A stretch of DNA of 64,000 nucleotides, from positions 246,397 through 310,396 of the IMG/VR virus record IMGVR_UViG_3300046542_000291, one strand, 5' to 3'. The position numbers and the translations under genes were made by a program. The stretch's first letter is position 1. Every line of letters begins with the position of its first letter. The notes beneath the pieces were generated by a model. The model made no database searches, was not told the DNA's origin, and worked only from the letters and a program-made list of their open reading frames with translations. Of the stretch, positions 1-7,202 are shown one piece after another.

Positions 1-138
1 GCAGCTAATCGATTGTACTCGAGCTTCATCGGTCATACCGCTGACGGTGAAGAACGGAGACTGCTTACCGAACATGATGTTACACACCAGCACTCGGCGA
101 GACAGAACGCGTTCGACTACCTTTGGTGTGTTCTTCAT
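1..138 (-). CDS. hypothetical protein, truncated by the window edge (MKNTPKVVERVLSRR...)
   Basis: Read manually. ATG at 138 has a GAGGAG SD and an ATGA overlap with the stop of 135..314; the frame is open to position 1. Confidence 0.6.
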   Translation of the reverse strand, partial: MKNTPKVVERVLSRRVLVCNIMFGKQSPFFTVSGMTDEARVQSISC

Positions 139-314
139 ACGTTCTCCTCAACCACTACGTCAACGATGGCCGAAACGATGCAACGGATTGCAACAGTAGC
201 CACGACGTTGATGGCAACGACAGTGGCCGCGAACTTGACCGCGTCTTGCCAGCTCAGGTCAGTAGTGTCTTTCGAGTTCCGAGTTGGACGGGTGGATCTA
301 ACTACTGCAGTCAT
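135..314 (-). CDS. 59-aa small protein with a hydrophobic C-terminal half (not in the ORF track)
   Basis: Manual translation MTAVVRSTRPTRNSKDTTDLSWQDAVKFAATVVAINVVATVAIRCIVSAIVDVVVEENV; AAGGA SD upstream. Confidence 0.65.
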   Translation of the reverse strand: MTAVVRSTRPTRNSKDTTDLSWQDAVKFAATVVAINVVATVAIRCIVSAIVDVVVEENV

Positions 315-370
315 GACGATTTCCTTTTTTCTTGAATTGGAGTTTTACAGCGGGGTGGGTACAACCTGGG

Positions 371-562
371 TTATTCGCCCAGGATGGTGTCAGCGATCTT
401 GTTACCCAGGAAGCTGCCGAGAGCAGCACAGCCGTAGACAGCTGCACCGAACGCCAAGACAGTACCGCCAACAACAGCGATGCAGATCACTTTGTCTTTG
501 GTGGTGATTTCAGCTGGGGTGGGTTTGATTTCTTCAGCGGTTGCATTGTTTTCAGTAGCCAT
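371..562 (-). CDS. 63-aa small membrane protein (early)
   Basis: GGAG SD; directly downstream of a TATATTAC promoter; one C-terminal hydrophobic helix. Confidence 0.7.
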   Translation of the reverse strand: MATENNATAEEIKPTPAEITTKDKVICIAVVGGTVLAFGAAVYGCAALGSFLGNKIADTILGE

Positions 563-584
563 GGTAATTCTCCGATTTACTGGG

Positions 585-627
585 GTTTATTCATGAAAGT
601 AATATAGCGTTTAAAATGCTTTCAATC
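585..627 (-). promoter_or_regulatory. early (virion RNAP) promoter, extended TATATTAC motif
   Basis: Minus strand GATTGAAAGCATTTTAAACGCTATATTACTTTCATGAATAAAC. TATATTAC is the known phiKZ early consensus. Confidence 0.8.
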
Positions 628-1015
628 AGACTTCGTGTTTCCACCCATCGAACAACAGAGCATCATGGGTGATACTGCGGCTATCTACCGACAGACCGAA
701 GCCATCGAAGATACCCGCGAAGGTGACTTCCTGACCGAAGGCTCGGAAGCAGATGCGCTCGAAGATGAACTTATCCACTTCGGTGAGAAGAGGTTGGACC
801 AACTCTTCCTTTTCACCGTTCATGAACTCGACGATAATGTTGGCGTAGTCACCCTGATTCTGGACAGTCAGTTTCTGGATGATTACGTTGTGGTGTTTCA
901 TCTTGGCGAACACACAGCGTTCACCGAAGTAGTTACCGAGCTGACGCAGGCCAACAGTCAGGCCGCGCAGCTTGGTAGTATTGGGGGCTTTCGGATCGTA
1001 CGTGTTGTGGGACAT
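626..1015 (-). CDS. hypothetical protein (probable start MSHNTYD)
   Basis: ORF 626..1054; the ATG at 1015 abuts the stop of the upstream gene at 1017. Confidence 0.65.
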   Translation of the reverse strand: MSHNTYDPKAPNTTKLRGLTVGLRQLGNYFGERCVFAKMKHHNVIIQKLTVQNQGDYANIIVEFMNGEKEELVQPLLTEVDKFIFERICFRAFGQEVTFAGIFDGFGLSVDSRSITHDALLFDGWKHEV

Positions 1016-1016
1016 A

Positions 1017-1331
1017 TTACACCTGTGCTTTGAAGTTGTCGATAGAGTGAGCAATGCGTTTGTTGCATTCCTCGTTGAACCAGTTACGGTTAGCCCGAGT
1101 ACCAGCGATCAGCAGGTAGCCTGCCTTACGGGCACCGTTGGTGGCTTCGTGAACCTGGAAGGCTGCTGGAGCAACCGATTGCTTACCCATGAAGATACGC
1201 AGCTCGTCATCGAAGTTCTTCAGAGCGGTATCCAGCTTGTTGTTGGCACGGCTCTTCTGCCATTCGTCCAGAGCAACTTCGGCGGCAACACAAACAGCAA
1301 CAACCAGAGCTATTTTAACGAAAGAGTTCAT
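1017..1331 (-). CDS. hypothetical protein with N-terminal membrane anchor
   Basis: MNSFVKIALVVAVCVAA; N-terminus resembles that of 1374..1694. Confidence 0.7.
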   Translation of the reverse strand: MNSFVKIALVVAVCVAAEVALDEWQKSRANNKLDTALKNFDDELRIFMGKQSVAPAAFQVHEATNGARKAGYLLIAGTRANRNWFNEECNKRIAHSIDNFKAQV

Positions 1332-1373
1332 TTACACGTTTCCCTATTTTCTTTGGATTGGAGGTGGATCGAA

Positions 1374-1694
1374 TTACAGATCGATATCGTAGGTCAGGTA
1401 ATCGGCGTAAGTGCTGATTACCGCATTGCGATAGTCTTCGGCGAACGAGTAAGTGTCACCAAGATCGTTCATACCACAATCGATCAGATGAGCGGTGGCT
1501 GTAGCCCACTTGGCCGAGGATACTTCGGGGTGCTCGCGGCTCAGTGTAGTATCGCTATCCAGGATGTCGGAGAGACGGGCTGGGAGCTTCTTCATCAAAG
1601 CGCTGTGACGACGGTGAGTGTTAGCGAAGTCGATACCTTTCCAACCAGCAACCAGTACGGTAGCGCCAACAATCAGTTTAACGAATGCATTCAT
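1374..1694 (-). CDS. hypothetical protein with N-terminal membrane anchor (early)
   Basis: MNAFVKLIVGATVLVAG; AAGGA SD; downstream of a TATATTAC promoter. Confidence 0.7.
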   Translation of the reverse strand: MNAFVKLIVGATVLVAGWKGIDFANTHRRHSALMKKLPARLSDILDSDTTLSREHPEVSSAKWATATAHLIDCGMNDLGDTYSFAEDYRNAVISTYADYLTYDIDL

Positions 1695-1719
1695 GAGTGG
1701 TTTCCTTTGGAGTAAGTAG

Positions 1720-1762
1720 GTTTATTCACGGAAGTAATATAGCTGTTTAATTGCTTTCAATC
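1720..1762 (-). promoter_or_regulatory. early promoter, extended TATATTAC motif
   Basis: Minus strand GATTGAAAGCAATTAAACAGCTATATTACTTCCGTGAATAAAC. Confidence 0.8.
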
Positions 1763-1781
1763 TAGTTTAAGTAATGCGTCA

Positions 1782-1807
1782 TAAAGCCACTCCGAAGAGT
1801 GGCTTTA
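1782..1807 (-). terminator. intrinsic terminator, cUUCGg tetraloop
   Basis: taaagccactc-cgaa-gagtggcttta inverted repeat after 1815..2297. Confidence 0.8.
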
Positions 1808-1814
1808 GAACGAC

Positions 1815-2297
1815 TCACTCGACAACTTCTTCTTGCATCCATGGAGGGTAGATTACCACCATCTCGTTGGGCATCTGCTCAGAGGCCTGTTTGATCATTT
1901 CGGATACCAGAGGGAACTTCAGATTACCGTTACCGCAACCCAGAGGTGGAACAACGATCTTCCATTTCGGATTGATCTCACCGTCCTCTTCACCGACGTG
2001 CTCTGTCATCCAGTGCAGTCCTTCGGCGATGTAGTCGTAGCGAGAGTCATTCCGCCAGTTCTCTTTGGTGGGGAACATCATGTAATGCTTGCCATCTTCC
2101 GCTTGGTAGATGGCTGGATTACCGATGGTGATGATTTTCATTTTGCAGTCATGCTTGTAGCGTTTGAACAACTCTGGGAACTTGATCGCGAAATTCTCCG
2201 CCAATCCCTTGCCCATAGCACCGACTGTGTTAACTGTGATGAGGTAAAGATCACCTGACTCTTGAAAGATGTCCTTACCGATTACGAAATTAGCCAT
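1815..2297 (-). CDS. macrodomain ADP-ribosylhydrolase (DarG/TARG1/Poa1p-like)
   Basis: Motifs TVNTVGAMGKGLA, FPTKENWR and PPLGCGNGNL. Confidence 0.9.
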   Translation of the reverse strand: MANFVIGKDIFQESGDLYLITVNTVGAMGKGLAENFAIKFPELFKRYKHDCKMKIITIGNPAIYQAEDGKHYMMFPTKENWRNDSRYDYIAEGLHWMTEHVGEEDGEINPKWKIVVPPLGCGNGNLKFPLVSEMIKQASEQMPNEMVVIYPPWMQEEVVE

Positions 2298-2367
2298 GAT
2301 AATGGCTCCCTATGAAAGTGATCTAAAGAGAGAGTTTAAGGAACCCACTCATTAGATTGAACACGTT

Positions 2368-2535
2368 TCAAGACTTCAACGTGTCTTTCAATTTAATGCC
2401 GGCCAGAGTCAAACCAATAGCGGTTGTGACCAAGGCCAACCCCTGGGTGGCGTACTTCAACACCATCGTGTTATGGTGCATTTTCGCCTGTGCTGCCTTA
2501 CGTTCTTCGTCGGTTTTATACGAGCTATGGAACAT
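2368..2535 (-). CDS. 55-aa protein with C-terminal hydrophobic helix (probable start MFHSSYK)
   Basis: GGAG SD before the ATG at 2535; TQGLALVTTAIGLTLAGIK segment. Confidence 0.6.
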   Translation of the reverse strand: MFHSSYKTDEERKAAQAKMHHNTMVLKYATQGLALVTTAIGLTLAGIKLKDTLKS

Positions 2536-2626
2536 GGTTGAAACTCCGGGAAAAAGAAATCGTAATGCGGATAAAGGAAGATACCCGAGCCTCAAAAGAG
2601 GCAGGGGTATTAGGGGACTACTGCTG

Positions 2627-2668
2627 GTTATACACGAAAGTAATATACACTTTAAAAAGCTTTCAATC
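2627..2668 (-). promoter_or_regulatory. early promoter, extended TATATTAC motif
   Basis: Minus strand GATTGAAAGCTTTTTAAAGTGTATATTACTTTCGTGTATAAC. Confidence 0.8.
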
Positions 2669-2671
2669 GTG

Positions 2672-3118
2672 TTATCGACGTCCGCTGAACTCGCGGGGGA
2701 TCATCGACTTCAACCAACGGCGTTCAGATTTCTTTTTCTTTGGGGTGAAGGTCACGTAGTGATTACCGTACAGTGCGATGTGGGTATCGTGAATACGGCG
2801 CATTGATTGTGGCTTGATACCGTCGTTCAATGCAACGCTAATGCCCTGCTCCTTCAATACCTTCTTCCACTCATCCAGGTAGAGTGGTGGAACTGCATGG
2901 AATGCTTCGAAGTCGAACTCCACGATCTCGTGATCCCGGGCCAGAAAGCGAGCAGCCTGCATTTCATTCATCAGGTCAGGCATCATTCTACGGAACCTGG
3001 ATTCGGCGCGTGCGCTATTTACGATCACACTGATGAGCCAACCGAATAAGAACAAGAGCCATGGGACAGAAGCGTAACCCAATAATTGCATGATCATGTC
3101 AAAGTAGTTAAACGTCAT
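2672..3118 (-). CDS. membrane-anchored hypothetical protein
   Basis: N-terminal TM segment (LLGYASVPWLLFLFGWLISVIV); AAGGA SD. Confidence 0.7.
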   Translation of the reverse strand: MTFNYFDMIMQLLGYASVPWLLFLFGWLISVIVNSARAESRFRRMMPDLMNEMQAARFLARDHEIVEFDFEAFHAVPPLYLDEWKKVLKEQGISVALNDGIKPQSMRRIHDTHIALYGNHYVTFTPKKKKSERRWLKSMIPREFSGRR

Positions 3119-3153
3119 AAAAGCTTTTCCTTATTTTCAGCGTTTGAAGTGAA

Positions 3154-3324
3154 TTACAGCCCGTGGTAAGCGACTGTAAATACCAGAAAGATCAGAGTGA
3201 AAACCGTCAAGCCTCTAACGGTAATCCAACTCTTTGGTTGTTCAGGGGGATTCGGGTTGGAGCGCGGTTGTTGATCATCAGGTGTAGCTTGGCGTGGTGC
3301 GGGATCAATGTAACGAACAGCCAT
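3154..3324 (-). CDS. 56-aa tail-anchored membrane protein (not in the ORF track)
   Basis: Manual translation MAVRYIDPAPRQATPDDQQPRSNPNPPEQPKSWITVRGLTVFTLIFLVFTVAYHGL; AGAGGG SD; first ORF after an early promoter. Confidence 0.7.
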   Translation of the reverse strand: MAVRYIDPAPRQATPDDQQPRSNPNPPEQPKSWITVRGLTVFTLIFLVFTVAYHGL

Positions 3325-3346
3325 GGTCAAGCCCTCTTGTGTGTAT

Positions 3347-3388
3347 TAGATTCACAAAAGTAATATAGGCTTTTAAATGCTTTCAATC
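3347..3388 (-). promoter_or_regulatory. early promoter, extended TATATTAC motif (overlaps the 3' end of 3373..3747)
   Basis: Minus strand GATTGAAAGCATTTAAAAGCCTATATTACTTTTGTGAATCTA. Confidence 0.8.
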
Positions 3389-3747
3389 AACCCAAACACG
3401 ATACCGGTGATTTCTCCTTCAATGTCGTTGATCATGGTAAAGGTCTTAGCTTCCTTCGCCATGCAATCCAGAGCTCCCTTTAACAACCGGTACAGGTGAT
3501 CAAAGCTGTGAATGAAATACGTTGGATAAATTTCGAATTGGTGTAGGTACTTAGTGAACGCTTCATAGAAAGCGTTGTACGTTACGGCATCCTTGGTCAC
3601 ATGGAAGTTATGCCGGGCTACCAGGTAGCTACCAACAAGCGAGAAGATCTCACTGACGTTCTTGTAGTCCAAGGTCAGAGCTTCTTTCAGTCCCCCCAGG
3701 AAGTTGTACGTCCAGACGGGATCAACACGGATGAAAACATTTTCCAT
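3373..3747 (-). CDS. hypothetical protein
   Basis: 124-aa ORF filling the gap between a terminator and a promoter. Confidence 0.65.
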   Translation of the reverse strand: MENVFIRVDPVWTYNFLGGLKEALTLDYKNVSEIFSLVGSYLVARHNFHVTKDAVTYNAFYEAFTKYLHQFEIYPTYFIHSFDHLYRLLKGALDCMAKEAKTFTMINDIEGEITGIVFGLIESI

Positions 3748-3766
3748 TTATAGTAACCTAAATAAA

Positions 3767-3786
3767 GTCCTCCCCGAAGGGAGGAC
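3767..3786 (-). terminator. intrinsic terminator, cUUCGg
   Basis: gtcctccc-cgaa-gggaggac followed by TTTATTT on the minus strand. Confidence 0.8.
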
Positions 3787-3794
3787 ATATGTCG

Positions 3795-5189
3795 TCAAGT
3801 GACAGTTGGACCCAGATCCGTTTTGGGAACGTCTTCGCCATCCTTTCGGTTGATGAAGATAGCAAGCGTGACAATTCCGGGATATCTTGAAGCCTTAGCA
3901 CTGTTATCCGCCGGCTTACGCTGTTCGTCTACACCTAATAGCACACCGTAGTATATTTCTACTAGGTTCCCGTTCACCGACATGAACTTCACAGGCATGC
4001 CTGGATAGAGCAAGTCTGTATCGCCATGCCACCATTCCATCTTCACAAACTGTCCACGGCGTTTAGCCATTTCGGAGTAATGCTTGAATGGATTGGAAGT
4101 TGCTCTGTCTACTGCCCAACGGATGTTGTTGTAACCCGTCTGGAGAACTTCTGTCCCTACTTCGAAAAGATTGGATGCACGATCCACCAAGGTGCGGTTA
4201 TCCTTCTCCACACCGAATTCCCCTAAGAACTTCGTCACATCACTGAAGCGTAGCCCGTTACCCTGCGTCAGGCTTTGTGCAAGCCCTTTGTCGAGGCTCT
4301 TGGCGTCACCTGTGGCAATGACGGTGATATCGTTCTCTCGCACCTTATACGTGCGCTCAGCGCCTTGGTAGCGATCGTTCGGTACGTTGATGACCTTGAG
4401 GGTCTTCGCATTCTTTCGATAGCGCAACGTATCGTAGAGGGGATAGATGTACCAGTACTGGTCTTGTAGATACCGGCCGAGTCCAGTGGCGTAAACACCA
4501 CCTTCGTCATTCTGCAAGTAGGCTGGAATATCCTTGATCATGATCCCATCGGGGAAGTTGATTTGTTTTCTGATCTCAGTGTTAAAACCATCGACCGTAT
4601 TGATCCCGAGGATGCGTTGGTGTTCCGCACCTTTCTGGTTCTGTAGCGTTTCCGCAAGAGCCGACTGCATGGCCATCATGGTTGTGCACTGGCGCAGTGT
4701 TGTGCCGTACGACATCATGTTGACACGGTAAGCCGATTCTTCAATGAGCTGAAGAGCGACGGGAATCATTCCGACCTGGTTCATCGCTTCGCGCGATTTC
4801 AACTGAGAGCTCTTACCCGACAAAGACATGTCCTGTTGGGTGATGAGTACAGCTCTGTAACGAATCGTTTCAATCTGCCGTGTAGGGTCGGGAGAAGTGG
4901 TGTTGATCTTCAGGGGAACGTACTTCACTTCCATAACCAAGTTGTCTCGGTTAGGGACGATGTCGTACTGGTAGTCCCCCATTAGGTACATCACTTCAAC
5001 CATCCGGTGGTCGGCAAACTGTTTCCCTGCGTAATCACGGTTGAGGTGGTAGAAATCGGTGCGCATGGGCGTCAACCACTGGCCTTCCTTGACCATGAGG
5101 TTTAGATCGATACGCCAATTGGAGTTCGAATCCCCGGACGCTTTAATCTCATCCACTTCTCGCATGATTTGCGTGCTGTCAATGGACAT
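3795..5189 (-). CDS. virion structural protein (phiKZ gp101-like; probable start MSIDSTQ)
   Basis: Long ORF in the structural operon; ATG at 5189 abuts the upstream stop; assignment by synteny. Confidence 0.6.
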   Translation of the reverse strand: MSIDSTQIMREVDEIKASGDSNSNWRIDLNLMVKEGQWLTPMRTDFYHLNRDYAGKQFADHRMVEVMYLMGDYQYDIVPNRDNLVMEVKYVPLKINTTSPDPTRQIETIRYRAVLITQQDMSLSGKSSQLKSREAMNQVGMIPVALQLIEESAYRVNMMSYGTTLRQCTTMMAMQSALAETLQNQKGAEHQRILGINTVDGFNTEIRKQINFPDGIMIKDIPAYLQNDEGGVYATGLGRYLQDQYWYIYPLYDTLRYRKNAKTLKVINVPNDRYQGAERTYKVRENDITVIATGDAKSLDKGLAQSLTQGNGLRFSDVTKFLGEFGVEKDNRTLVDRASNLFEVGTEVLQTGYNNIRWAVDRATSNPFKHYSEMAKRRGQFVKMEWWHGDTDLLYPGMPVKFMSVNGNLVEIYYGVLLGVDEQRKPADNSAKASRYPGIVTLAIFINRKDGEDVPKTDLGPTVT

Positions 5190-5190
5190 C

Positions 5191-5772
5191 TCAATCCTCC
5201 AAGATGTAACGCTCGATGATATCAACCATCGACGTGTAAGGTTTAAGATGACCGGCAGCATCAGCAATACGTTTAGCAGCGTATCGTTCGGCGGCAGCCA
5301 GGTTACGACGGCGATTCAAATGCATGATCCGCTCAAAGATACCCGAGGGGTTTACATGATCCCCTGGTTTAATACGCATAGCCTCTGCGTAGATCTCGAG
5401 TGCGACCATCTCCAATAGACGAAGATCTTCAATTGGAGGGAACGCTCCAGGTGGTAACCCGGAGTATGTCAGATCCAGCCAATTCCGGAAGTGCTCCTGA
5501 ATGTCGCTGTACATCTGAACACAGTCTTCCCGATTCATGATGGCGAAAGGGTGGCCTTCGGACAGAATGATTGCCAAACCCGCCAACGTTTGTTTCACGT
5601 CGACTAGCTGGTTCATCCGTTCTCTGTCTACCTTTTTATCACCGGTGGCCGGGACACCGTTCTTACGAATGTAATCAGCACTGTACTGTGACAGGGTCGG
5701 AACCTTTACGTGATAACGCAAGTTCCAAATCCGCCACGCAGCAGTGTGCCGTGTAACTAATGGCTTTTCCAT
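5191..5772 (-). CDS. conserved hypothetical protein (phiKZ gp100-like)
   Basis: Tightly packed in the operon; assignment by synteny. Confidence 0.55.
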   Translation of the reverse strand: MEKPLVTRHTAAWRIWNLRYHVKVPTLSQYSADYIRKNGVPATGDKKVDRERMNQLVDVKQTLAGLAIILSEGHPFAIMNREDCVQMYSDIQEHFRNWLDLTYSGLPPGAFPPIEDLRLLEMVALEIYAEAMRIKPGDHVNPSGIFERIMHLNRRRNLAAAERYAAKRIADAAGHLKPYTSMVDIIERYILED

Positions 5773-5780
5773 GTTGATAC

Positions 5781-7202
5781 CTATTTGGCGTATTTGAGCA
5801 GGGCGATTACTGCAGGGTAGTAATAGAACCTTTCAAGATTGTCCCAATACAGAACATTCTCCAGCATTGCATCAAACTGCTGTAGGTTCAACTCTTCGCC
5901 TTTGATCATAGAAGTGATCAGCATCTCCAGCTTAGACTGCAAGTGCTTATCACAGCGGTAGAACGATTCAGTGAAGACGTAATAACAATCACGGTTCACT
6001 GGGTGGATATCAGCCGGTACCCGATAAGGGGTAGAGGCATTGAAACGTTCTTCCTCGGGAGGAATACGTTTGAACCACGGTGCATCCCGATCCATCTGTT
6101 TGATGTACGGACCAGGGAATGGCCGGCGAGGGCGACCCTCGTGAAAAGGGATACCCATAGGCCGTGCACGATCTTCACCATCGTACTGGCTATCCACATC
6201 AGTCGGTGCTTCCATCGGGAAGACCATTCGAGGGATACCGGTATAACCGATAGCTTGCATCTCAGGACGCCAGCGCGAGATCTGAGTCGACACCAAGTGT
6301 GCTCGCTCCGTAGAGTCAGCGATCTTGTACATGTCGTGGTAAAGGACAGCATCCCAAACGGTATTCTGTCGCATCACTGGTTCAGACTGAACGTTGAGTT
6401 GCTTGACCTTACGCATACGACCATGCATGTTCGTGTCAACCATAGCGATCATGGCGTTAGTCACGAAGTGGTCGTAGGTCTTGTAGAGCTGATCCGGAAC
6501 CAGGAAGGTGGAATGCTCAACCGAGAAGAAATCCGTTACATAGTTGTTGACCAACGTACGCAACAGTTTTGCATAACGATCCGAACGCTCTTTCTCTTCA
6601 CCAGAAATGAATGGACCGCATCCGCTTGCCAAGGAGGCAGCAGAGTACCACCACTCTTTGATCGTCTTACGTTTCAGGTCGTCCAGACGTTCTTTGGTCA
6701 GTTCACCAACCTGCTTCCATTCCACCGCGTAAGTGGAACCTTCCTGGATGGTCACCCGTTTAGCCGAGGTGATGGTAAACAAACCAGTACGACCGTCACC
6801 GATACCGGCAGCGAACATGTCATGCTTGTTCGGCGTCAGGTAACCGTAGGTGTGACCAGAACCTGTCCGTGCCCACGTGTTAATGGTGTCGTCTTGAGTT
6901 TGGTCAAGCGCGCTGTTCACTTTCAACAGGATGTTGTGCAACCAGCGGTACTGTTGGTAGGCCGGTTCACGGGCTACGTTCTGCACCATTGGCTGTTGGT
7001 TCTTGGTGAGTACTTGAGACCAGTAGTCCACCACCCAGTTGGAACCGTTCGTCCAGGCCATCATGTGCGAAGGCGCAGCGTACTCCAAATCGATGGTGAT
7101 GCCACGATAGACCTCAGGCTCCATCAGGACCGCATCGGGGAGAGGACCATCTCCTTCAACACAGGGTACATCCGGTTGTTTAGCTTTCTTGATAATTGCC
7201 AT
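5781..7202 (-). CDS. virion structural protein (phiKZ gp99-like; probable start MAIIKK)
   Basis: GAAGGA SD before 7202; assignment by synteny. Confidence 0.6.
   Translation of the reverse strand: MAIIKKAKQPDVPCVEGDGPLPDAVLMEPEVYRGITIDLEYAAPSHMMAWTNGSNWVVDYWSQVLTKNQQPMVQNVAREPAYQQYRWLHNILLKVNSALDQTQDDTINTWARTGSGHTYGYLTPNKHDMFAAGIGDGRTGLFTITSAKRVTIQEGSTYAVEWKQVGELTKERLDDLKRKTIKEWWYSAASLASGCGPFISGEEKERSDRYAKLLRTLVNNYVTDFFSVEHSTFLVPDQLYKTYDHFVTNAMIAMVDTNMHGRMRKVKQLNVQSEPVMRQNTVWDAVLYHDMYKIADSTERAHLVSTQISRWRPEMQAIGYTGIPRMVFPMEAPTDVDSQYDGEDRARPMGIPFHEGRPRRPFPGPYIKQMDRDAPWFKRIPPEEERFNASTPYRVPADIHPVNRDCYYVFTESFYRCDKHLQSKLEMLITSMIKGEELNLQQFDAMLENVLYWDNLERFYYYPAVIALLKYAK

Noticed and set aside
585-3388. 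CRISPR-like array formed by the repeated ~43-bp motif
   Set aside because: The copies are degenerate, 700-1100 bp apart, separated by whole genes, and contain the known early-promoter core.
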